Part shown: positions 7,915-14,529 of the stretch, in pieces
Position numbering within the stretch: the stretch's first letter is position 1
Layout of the letters: each line of letters starts with the position of its first letter
Assembly (NCBI GenBank): GCA_024691145.1
Contig: JAILNW010000050.1
Location: 1 to 42,154, forward strand
Reading direction: 5' to 3'
From: Lachnospiraceae bacterium
Lineage (GTDB): Bacteria > Bacillota > Clostridia > Lachnospirales > Lachnospiraceae
DNA length: 42,154 bases
Notes under the pieces: model-generated
What the model was told of the DNA's origin: nothing
Database searches by the model: none
Seen by the model: the letters and a program-made list of their open reading frames with translations, nothing else
Made by a program: the position numbers and the translations under genes

Positions 7915-7924
7915 ATATTAATAT
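7915..7924. promoter_or_regulatory. Third copy of the palindrome ATATTAATAT
   Basis: Read directly. It lies about 30 nt upstream of the candidate -35 of paralog 4. Confidence 0.3.
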
Positions 7925-7955
7925 TAAGCATACTCTAACTTAAAACAAAATTAAC

Positions 7956-7984
7956 TTGATAAATTGCCTTTAGGTCATTACACT
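7956..7984 (+). promoter_or_regulatory. Candidate sigma-A promoter of paralog 4
   Basis: TTGATA (7956-7961), 17 nt, TACACT (7979-7984), about 35 nt upstream of ATG 8021. The -10 is only moderate. Confidence 0.4.
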
Positions 7985-8020
7985 ATTTATGGTTTGAATA
8001 AATATTTGGAGGGAACAATT

Positions 8021-9739
8021 ATGGTAACTAAAAAAACAAAAATTTTAACACTCGCATTAGCAACAATCGTTGCTGCAGGAGGAGTTGCATTTGCTATTAA
8101 TAATAATAAGATGTCATCTGCAAGTGCAGCAAACACAAACACATCATCAGAAACTAAAGGTACAACTGAAGATGGATTTAGCTACACTATTAAAGATGGT
8201 GTTGTAACTATTACTGGCTACAATTTCAATCCAAACAATGATACCTTCTATGGTATGAAAGCTAGTAATGGACATTACTACGGTTTCTGTAAATCTTCTA
8301 AAACTTATAAAGAAGCAAAGGAACTATGTAAAAAATCAGGAGGATATCTTATCTCTATTGATTCACAAGAAGAAAAAGATTCTGCAACTGAACTTGCTCG
8401 AGCTTATGGCAGATTCTTTATCGGCAGCTGTTCAGTTGGTGAAAAAGTTCTTGCTGATGATGATTACGATAACTTCAATGGTTTCAGTTCAGAACTCAGT
8501 TTTTTAAAATCTGAAGAAGGCCTAAAGCAAATAAAGAATAAGTCTGATTATCCTTTATTTTTAACTAATGAAAGTCTTTTAGAAGATTATAGCCGTTTAA
8601 ATGAAGACGAAAGAGAATTATATAATTTCCGTCTTATGGATTTACCTTCATGGATGCAGAATTTTTATTGCTATACAAAATACGATATTAGCTCACCTTT
8701 TGTATGTGAATGGGAAGAGGGTTCAACACCTAAGAATTTTCATGAAATTAAATCCGATATAGTAATTCCTGAAAAAATCGAAGGAAAACCAGTTAAGTAC
8801 TTAGACAAAAATACATTTAAAACAATTGGTGATTATAAACTTCGTAACTACATTAAAAATGTTGATATTAAGGCAAAACTTTATATGATAGATGAAGGAA
8901 CTTTTGAAAATGCCGAAAATTTAAAAACTGTAACATTACCAAGTTCATTAATGTACATAATGCCTAGCTCATTTAAACATTGCAGGTCACTAAAATCAAT
9001 AACAATACCAGATAAAACAACATGCATCGGAAAACATGCATTTGAAGGTTCTGGTTTAACAACTGTTATTTTTGGTAAGAAAACAAAGACAATTAATGAT
9101 TTTGCTTTTGCAAGTACTGAAATAAAAACATTAAATATTCCATCAACTGTAAGAACAATTGGTGAAGGTGCATTCATTAATTCAAGTCTTACTTCTGTAA
9201 CTATGGAAGAAGGTGTTGAAACAATTAAAGATGGAGCTTTTGATTGTTGCAGAAATTTAACAAGTATCAATTTCCCAAAGTCAGTAAAATTTTTGTCTGC
9301 TAATGCCATTAGATGTACAGGTATTGAAACATTAAGAGTTCCTGCTAATGCTGAGTTAAATCCAAGTATGAAAATAATTTCTTTTGAACTTCCTGTATGG
9401 ATTGACGGTTCAAGATACTTTAGAGAATATGGTTCATCTACAATTCGTAACATTATATTTGAAGATGGAAGAACTACAATAAAAACTGATTCGTTAAAAG
9501 ATATGTCAGTAAAATTTGTTTTTGTACCTGAATCAGTTACTACTATTGAAAATAGTGCATTTTCTACTAACTACGATGGATTTATATATCTTCCACAGTC
9601 CTTCTCTGGTAAAACTACTGAAGAACTTAATGCTATGTTAGGTGAAAATGGTTCTAGAAATAAAATCAGATTTTATACAGATGAAAGTGAATGGGAAGGA
9701 ATTATGAATACTCCATTCTGGTTATGGGATTCATTATAA
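8021..9739 (+). CDS. Secreted CTLD-like + BspA-type LRR protein, paralog 4 (Trp-rich C-terminus)
   Basis: ATG 8021 is preceded by GGAGGG (8008-8013); the tracked TTG start at 7964 is unlikely. Signal peptide MVTKKTKILTLALATIVAAGGVAFA... Blocks DGFSYTIKDGVVTITGYNFNPNNDTFYG, YYGFCKSSKTYKEAKELCKKSGGYLISIDSQEEKD ... PFVCEW (nt ~8246-8716). LRR_5 repeats follow (LKTVTLPSSLMYIMPSSF.., ITIPDKTTCIGKHAF..). Ends ..WEGIMNTPFWLWDSL. Confidence 0.88.
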   Translation: MVTKKTKILTLALATIVAAGGVAFAINNNKMSSASAANTNTSSETKGTTEDGFSYTIKDGVVTITGYNFNPNNDTFYGMKASNGHYYGFCKSSKTYKEAKELCKKSGGYLISIDSQEEKDSATELARAYGRFFIGSCSVGEKVLADDDYDNFNGFSSELSFLKSEEGLKQIKNKSDYPLFLTNESLLEDYSRLNEDERELYNFRLMDLPSWMQNFYCYTKYDISSPFVCEWEEGSTPKNFHEIKSDIVIPEKIEGKPVKYLDKNTFKTIGDYKLRNYIKNVDIKAKLYMIDEGTFENAENLKTVTLPSSLMYIMPSSFKHCRSLKSITIPDKTTCIGKHAFEGSGLTTVIFGKKTKTINDFAFASTEIKTLNIPSTVRTIGEGAFINSSLTSVTMEEGVETIKDGAFDCCRNLTSINFPKSVKFLSANAIRCTGIETLRVPANAELNPSMKIISFELPVWIDGSRYFREYGSSTIRNIIFEDGRTTIKTDSLKDMSVKFVFVPESVTTIENSAFSTNYDGFIYLPQSFSGKTTEELNAMLGENGSRNKIRFYTDESEWEGIMNTPFWLWDSL

Positions 9740-9753
9740 TTAAATAAATATTA

Positions 9754-9790
9754 AAATGCCTCTAATGGAATAATTCCTTTAGAGGCATTT
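9754..9790. terminator. Bidirectional intrinsic terminator (end of paralog 4 and end of the fla/che operon)
   Basis: Near-perfect hairpin AAATGCCTCTAA-t-GGAA-taa-TTCC-t-TTAGAGGCATTT. It sits between the convergent stops at 9739 (+) and 9792 (-). Confidence 0.75.
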
Positions 9791-9791
9791 C

Positions 9792-10562
9792 TTATAAAAT
9801 GATTGCCTGTGCTACTTTGTCATAATCAGCTCCCATAGGAACATTATGTGTCCCAGCACATATCTTACTGTCATAACCTTTATCAATCAGATATTTTACA
9901 AATGCATTTGCATCATCAATTACACCTTTACTATGTAACATTTTTGCCACCCCATCTGCAGAGGTATTTACTGCTATAGTAATTGTGGCATAAGATGCTT
10001 CAGCATTGTTCTCAGCAGGTGCTATAGTTGGACAAGCTGTAACAACTGGTGTCTGTGTTGGTGTTACTGTTGGTGCTATTGTTGGTTTCACTGTTGGTCT
10101 TATTGTGGGTGCCACCGTTGGCCTTATCGTAGGTCTTACTGTAGGTCTTATTGTAGGTGCCACTGTTGGCCTTACTTTTGGGGTCACCGTTGGTCTTATT
10201 GTAGGCCTAACTGTTGGCCTTACTGTGGGTGTCACTGTTGCTGTTGGAACTGCTGATTCTGCTGGCATTTCTGACCCTTCAGGAATAAGTGTTTCCTCAG
10301 GGATTTCTGATTGTACTGGTTCCTCTGTTTTTTCTTCTTCCTGTATTCCCTCTACCAGACCTTTTGCTGCGCCATTATCAAGAATATTCTTTATTTTATT
10401 TTCATTTTGTTCAGTTGCCTCAACCATTCCAAGTTTCTTAGCTCTCCTTATTATCTCCTCATCACTTACTTTTAAAGGCATTATAGAGCATAATAAAGTA
10501 GCACTTATAAGTCCAAGCCCCAATCCTCTTATAAAACTAACTTTCTTTTCATTCTTTTTCAT
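9792..10562 (-). CDS. Membrane-anchored protein with a (P-T-V/I-R/A/K) tandem-repeat linker and a C-terminal MltG/YceG N-lobe-like domain; function unknown
   Basis: N-terminal TM FIRGLGLGLISATLLCSIMPL, then SDEEIIRRAKKLGMVEA, an acidic linker, and about 17 PTxR-type repeats. The C-terminus ATITIAVNTSADGVAKMLHSKGVIDDANAFVKYLIDKGYDSKICAGTHNVPMGADYDKVAQAII resembles the v.Ip.G.s...Ia..L...gvI.....F......i..G.y.l pattern of the MltG N-terminal lobe. No catalytic MltG region is present. The start lies 12 nt after the upstream gene stop. Confidence 0.75.
   Translation of the reverse strand: MKKNEKKVSFIRGLGLGLISATLLCSIMPLKVSDEEIIRRAKKLGMVEATEQNENKIKNILDNGAAKGLVEGIQEEEKTEEPVQSEIPEETLIPEGSEMPAESAVPTATVTPTVRPTVRPTIRPTVTPKVRPTVAPTIRPTVRPTIRPTVAPTIRPTVKPTIAPTVTPTQTPVVTACPTIAPAENNAEASYATITIAVNTSADGVAKMLHSKGVIDDANAFVKYLIDKGYDSKICAGTHNVPMGADYDKVAQAIIL
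10047..10247 (-). repeat. 12-nt-period tandem repeat encoding PT(V/I)(R/A/K/T) x ~17
   Basis: Plus strand shows ..actgttggtcttattgtgggtgccaccgttggccttatcgtaggtcttactgtaggtctt... Copies differ mostly at synonymous positions. Confidence 0.85.
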
Positions 10563-10574
10563 TTTAAAACACCT

Positions 10575-11291
10575 TTACTTTCCCGCTGCCACATTCATCT
10601 GCTTGTATAAATTAACAACTAATAATACTTCTCCTACACCAATTCCCATACTCTTTGAAATTTCTGTTAATGAAAGACCATTATTATATTTCATAATAAT
10701 CTCGTCATTTTCACTCTCATATTTTTGTATATCACCCTTAATTTCCTCTATTTCCTCCTCAGTATATCCCTCATTATCATCATAAATATCATCAGCTATC
10801 TCTTCAAGCATTGCTGCCTGCTTTCCCACCTCAATTTGCGACTCATCAGACAGTCTTATCTGCTGTGATATTCTCTCAAGTTTATCATTCAGTTCTTCAA
10901 TAAGCACATCAACCTGGTACTTATAGTCCTCAATTTTTCCCAAAGTACTTTTCACATCACCGTCTTTGTTGTTAAGCATATCATAAAGGAACATTATTTC
11001 CTTATGCTCAACATCAATCTTATTCCTGACTTCCTGTGAATAAGCTTCAAATTCACTGATTTTTGCATTGGACATATGTGCAAGCCTTGTATCTGTTGCA
11101 TCACTTACAGTTTCCATTTTCTCATTAAGCATCTGGTTAAGCCTTTCCTGTAAGGATTTCATCACATGATCCACATAATTATTTACTTCTTCATCAACAA
11201 TTTTTTCTTTTTCCTCTTCAGGGTCACCCATTATAAAACTTAATATATAAATGGCAACACCCATAAGGCATAAAACAATTCTTATTATCAT
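10575..11291 (-). CDS. Single-pass membrane protein with a long acidic coiled-coil and a C-terminal HTH-like (sigma-70 region 4 / YlxM-like) segment; function unknown
   Basis: N-terminal TM IIRIVLCLMGVAIYILSFIMG, heptad-rich acidic middle, and C-terminus NNGLSLTEISKSMGIGVGEVLLVVNLYK. Sits inside the operon between the DUF342 gene and the PT-repeat gene. Confidence 0.75.
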   Translation of the reverse strand: MIIRIVLCLMGVAIYILSFIMGDPEEEKEKIVDEEVNNYVDHVMKSLQERLNQMLNEKMETVSDATDTRLAHMSNAKISEFEAYSQEVRNKIDVEHKEIMFLYDMLNNKDGDVKSTLGKIEDYKYQVDVLIEELNDKLERISQQIRLSDESQIEVGKQAAMLEEIADDIYDDNEGYTEEEIEEIKGDIQKYESENDEIIMKYNNGLSLTEISKSMGIGVGEVLLVVNLYKQMNVAAGK

Positions 11292-11309
11292 AGCATCATC
11301 CCATTTATC

Positions 11310-12914
11310 TTAAACCTTTGAAACAACTATATCTCTTCCTTCTTTAAAATACTTATATGCATACATTTCACGTCTTATGTAGTAATTAGCACCTGATATG
11401 TTAATTCTTACACCTACATTGGCACTTTCTTCTATTACTACATAACCATCTTCTTCTATTTCTTCCTCCATAAAGTTTATTATTGCCAGTCTTTCATGCT
11501 CTTTTACCTGAACGTCCATTTTAAGATTCTTATACTTGTTTAAAGTTTCATAAAGCAGCCTTGTGTTTTTTTCATTTAAACTGCCTTCCTTTTCTTTTAA
11601 AGTTTTATAAAACTTAATAATCTTAAGACATTCATCCATCTGCATATAACATTTGTTCATGGCAGTCTCAACCATTTTAAGTTCATCATCACTTGCCACA
11701 TCTCTTCCAATCTGAAGCACAGTCTGTGTTTCCATAACAGAACCTGCAAGTATGCACCTTATTTCTTTAATTGCCCTTACCTTTCCCCCTACAATAAATC
11801 CCTTTTTTGATGTAACAATTACACTTGAATGTGAAAATATATTGCTGTGCATTATAGTATCCGCAGTGATATTACCATCACTTGAGACATTGGCATTTTC
11901 AATAAATTTTGCAACAATATCTCCACTAGCTGTTACTGCACCTTTATTATTGCCTGTAATACCACGTTTAACTATTACATTACATCCAGCATCAACTATT
12001 GCACCTTCAATAAGTCCGTCAACAAATACACTTCCTCCTGCACGAACTTTAAATCCTGTAAGTATGCTTCCCTTTACATGAACATCTCCGTTGCAGTCGA
12101 TATTTCCAGTAAGCACACCAACATCGCCCTTAACCTCATATACATCTGATACAAGTATAGCACCTTCCTGTATTCTTACATGTCCGTCTATACTTGAATA
12201 TACCTCAAGTCCGTCTTCAGATAAATACACATTTTTTTTGGTTTTTATCTTTTTCTTTTTGCCAATTGTATGTTTTATATTTTTACCATATACATCCATA
12301 CCACTTTTTCCCTCAATTTCGGGAATTAGTTTTGCTAAAAGCTGATCTTTAACTACATTGTTTATATTTTCAATATTATGAAAATCAACCGTTCCGTCCT
12401 CGTTGAGATGAGGATGAATATTCTTGTCGGTATTAAACATGTATACTATTTCTGCATCTTTTCCATTCTCAGGTGCTATACCATGAGCGAATGCAACTGG
12501 AACGCAGTATTTTTTTTCAGTAAGCAGTTTATCAATAACCTCTTCTTCAATAGGAACTGTAATTCCTTCTTCCTTAATACGGTTAAGTACGATAATCTTA
12601 CTAATATCGCCACCATTTTCAGAATGTGGAAATAAAGTTATATTAGCTGTCATATTATCGCTTGAACATGATATATATACCTCTTCTGTTACTTCAAAAC
12701 TCTTTTTTACAGGTAGCAGAATTTCTGCAGGCTGGTTATTCCTGGCTGCAGTTTGTGCTTCTTTAAATCCAAATTCATAAATATTATGTCTGTAGAGATA
12801 ACTTTGTATCTCATCTATATTATTTCTTCTTCCCTTGCCTTCAGCTGGTATCAGTTGTAAAAATACACCATTTTCTTTATGTATAATTTTAAAACATGCA
12901 TCTTTATTCTCCAT
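11310..12914 (-). CDS. DUF342 / FapA-like (flagellar assembly protein A family) beta-solenoid protein
   Basis: RBS GGAGGTGGGAT upstream. Central Gly/Val/Ile-rich solenoid repeats GDVGVLTGNIDCNGDVHVKGSILTGFKVRAGGSVFVDGLIEGAIVDAGCNVIV..., plus a C-terminal coiled-coil. This is the typical DUF342 layout, and the gene lies directly after sigD. Confidence 0.8.
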   Translation of the reverse strand: MENKDACFKIIHKENGVFLQLIPAEGKGRRNNIDEIQSYLYRHNIYEFGFKEAQTAARNNQPAEILLPVKKSFEVTEEVYISCSSDNMTANITLFPHSENGGDISKIIVLNRIKEEGITVPIEEEVIDKLLTEKKYCVPVAFAHGIAPENGKDAEIVYMFNTDKNIHPHLNEDGTVDFHNIENINNVVKDQLLAKLIPEIEGKSGMDVYGKNIKHTIGKKKKIKTKKNVYLSEDGLEVYSSIDGHVRIQEGAILVSDVYEVKGDVGVLTGNIDCNGDVHVKGSILTGFKVRAGGSVFVDGLIEGAIVDAGCNVIVKRGITGNNKGAVTASGDIVAKFIENANVSSDGNITADTIMHSNIFSHSSVIVTSKKGFIVGGKVRAIKEIRCILAGSVMETQTVLQIGRDVASDDELKMVETAMNKCYMQMDECLKIIKFYKTLKEKEGSLNEKNTRLLYETLNKYKNLKMDVQVKEHERLAIINFMEEEIEEDGYVVIEESANVGVRINISGANYYIRREMYAYKYFKEGRDIVVSKV

Positions 12915-12949
12915 ATCCCACCTCCGGTACCGGTACTAAGAATATACAA

Positions 12950-13717
12950 TCAGATTATATTAAGTATATCTCCATATTCCCCAAGGTTCACCTTCATCTT
13001 CTGAAGAGCCCTTGTATGTAACTGCGATATTCTTGATTCCGAAACCTCAAGAATCTTGCTTATTTCTTTAAGTGTTAACTCTTCATAATAATAAAAGAGA
13101 ATCACCTTTTTTTCTTTATCTGTTAACTGGCCTAATGACTTTATTAAAAGTTCCTTGGCCTCTGTTTTCATCATTGATCTTTCAGGCTGACCTATATTGT
13201 TGCTCCTTGCAACATCTAGCTTTACTTCGCTTCCCTGATCAAGATATTCATCGAGTGATACAAGATTAGTAATTTTTGTCTGACCATATAAAGTATCTAA
13301 TTCACCCATGGAAATTCCAAGTTCCTTTGCCACTTCCTCATCTGTAGCAGTTCTTCCTGTTTCTGCTTCGATTTTTTTAAGTGCATTATCTAGTTTTTTC
13401 TGTTTCTGGCGTAATGTTCTTGGAATCCAGTCCATTTTTCTAATCTGGTCAAGAATTGCGCCTCTGATTCTTAAACTTGCATAAGTTTCAAATTTTACAC
13501 CCCTGCATAAATTGAACTTATCAATTGCATCAATCAATCCAAATGTACCATAACCTACCAAATCATCGTACTCAACATTGTAACCAAGATACATGCTGAG
13601 TCTGCCTGCAACAATTTTAACAAGATTTGCATACTCGATGATTAATTTTTCTCGCACCTCAAGAGATTTTGTTTTTGAATATTCCTGCCAAAGTTTGTTC
13701 TTTTCTTCATCGTTCAT
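12950..13717 (-). CDS. sigD: Flagellar sigma-28 factor SigD/FliA
   Basis: FliA/WhiG-type sigma: region 2 DLVGYGTFGLIDAIDKF..FETYASLRIRGAILD, region 4.2 LTLKEISKILEVSESRISQLH. ATG 13717 is preferred over 13723 because GGAGGA lies 7 nt upstream of it. Confidence 0.93.
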   Translation of the reverse strand: MNDEEKNKLWQEYSKTKSLEVREKLIIEYANLVKIVAGRLSMYLGYNVEYDDLVGYGTFGLIDAIDKFNLCRGVKFETYASLRIRGAILDQIRKMDWIPRTLRQKQKKLDNALKKIEAETGRTATDEEVAKELGISMGELDTLYGQTKITNLVSLDEYLDQGSEVKLDVARSNNIGQPERSMMKTEAKELLIKSLGQLTDKEKKVILFYYYEELTLKEISKILEVSESRISQLHTRALQKMKVNLGEYGDILNII

Positions 13718-13766
13718 AAACATTCCTCCAATGAGCTTTATGGTATTGCTTTTCTACTTCTTCTTG

Positions 13767-14021
13767 TTACTGTAAATCTATATTATTATCAGACTCTTCA
13801 CTTTCTTCTTCCTCCTCATCATCTTTATGAAGATTTGGATTTGGATGAAGAGTTCTGAAAATAACCGTTTTTGCAATAGTGCCTATTATGAAAAAAATAA
13901 TTATGACTGTTAAAACTACGACTAAACTATACATCATATCCCTTTTTTGGGAAATACATATACCACAGGCAATAATTCCTGCGATTAATGTTATAACTAC
14001 TGATATATATCTGTATTCCAT
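13767..14021 (-). CDS. Small (84 aa) two-TM membrane protein with a poly-acidic C-terminal tail; function unknown
   Basis: GAGG lies 5 nt upstream, overlapping the cheD stop. Two hydrophobic helices (ISVVITLIAGIIACGICI, SLVVVLTVIIIFFIIGTIA), then HKDDEEEEESEESDNNIDLQ. Embedded between cheD and sigD. Confidence 0.6.
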   Translation of the reverse strand: MEYRYISVVITLIAGIIACGICISQKRDMMYSLVVVLTVIIIFFIIGTIAKTVIFRTLHPNPNLHKDDEEEEESEESDNNIDLQ

Positions 14022-14028
14022 AAATACC

Positions 14029-14514
14029 TCAAATCTTTTTATCAGGTTTTCCTACTGATTTTATCAGAAGTTCTCCTGTTTCTGTATAAAACTCAATTGT
14101 TCTACCATAATTTAAACCGGTATCTTCTGCCATTATTTTTATATTTTTTGTATCCAGTATTTTTTTTACTGCTTCAACATTTCTTTCTCCGATACGTAAT
14201 GCATCACTATCTGACGAAAATGCAAACATCTGTGCTCCGCCTGCAATTTTAGCAACTATTCTTTCTTTATGTGCCCCAACACCCAGCATATTTTCCATGA
14301 GAGATTCTATGCCCGTATCAGCATACTTTGCCTTATTTTCATTATGGTTAAACTTTGTGCTGTCAGGCAGCATAACATGTACCATTCCGCCAATTTTACT
14401 AAGTGAATCATATAATACAATTCCAACACATGAACCAAGACCAAGTGTTGTCAGTACTCCGGGAGATTCACAGACTTTTAAATCTGCCATACCAACCCTG
14501 ATCATGTTCTTCAT
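14029..14514 (-). CDS. cheD: Chemoreceptor glutamine deamidase CheD
   Basis: CheD pattern: LGSCVGIVLYD, GGMVHVMLP, AKIAGGAQMF, IGERNVEAVKKIL, YGRTIEF. Confidence 0.93.
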   Translation of the reverse strand: MKNMIRVGMADLKVCESPGVLTTLGLGSCVGIVLYDSLSKIGGMVHVMLPDSTKFNHNENKAKYADTGIESLMENMLGVGAHKERIVAKIAGGAQMFAFSSDSDALRIGERNVEAVKKILDTKNIKIMAEDTGLNYGRTIEFYTETGELLIKSVGKPDKKI

Positions 14515-14529
14515 AACAACCCCTCCATG

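Noticed and set aside
7832-7921. 29-codon ORF (MFSPLSQFLYNIHKSLTLTCTINAFLYKY) in the paralog 3/4 intergenic region.
   Set aside because: It has no RBS, lies in AT-rich promoter DNA, and overlaps the candidate promoter region.
2217-9739. Possibility that the lectin-like paralogs are targets of a diversity-generating retroelement. DGR variable proteins use a C-type-lectin fold.
   Set aside because: No reverse transcriptase, Avd-like gene or template/variable repeat pair with adenine-specific differences is visible in the window. The CTLD here is the canonical animal-lectin-like type, and its variable part is not at the extreme C-terminus.
10047-10247. Regular short-period repeat that could superficially be taken for a CRISPR or minisatellite array.
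   Set aside because: The period is 12 nt and contiguous with no spacers, it is in frame, and it encodes PTxR repeats of a protein linker.
10006-10785. 259-aa plus-strand ORF (Gly/Val/Thr-rich) antisense to the PT-repeat gene. Other long antisense ORFs occur at 14297-15121, 33664-34320, 30495-31061, 27222-27746, 24116-24598 and 36905-37381.
   Set aside because: Each lies wholly inside a well-supported minus-strand gene, lacks an RBS, and has mirror-image low-complexity composition. Their length is explained by the sense genes being poor in the codon combinations that create antisense stops. For example, the 14297-15121 ORF ends exactly where cheC has a Tyr-Tyr pair.
12924-12933. Perfect palindrome CCGGTACCGG (two HpaII sites) between sigD and the DUF342 gene, partly overlapping its RBS.
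   Set aside because: It is too short to form a meaningful hairpin (3-bp stem) and has no flanking U-tract. It is most simply a chance palindrome, noted only as a pair of presumed R-M target sites.
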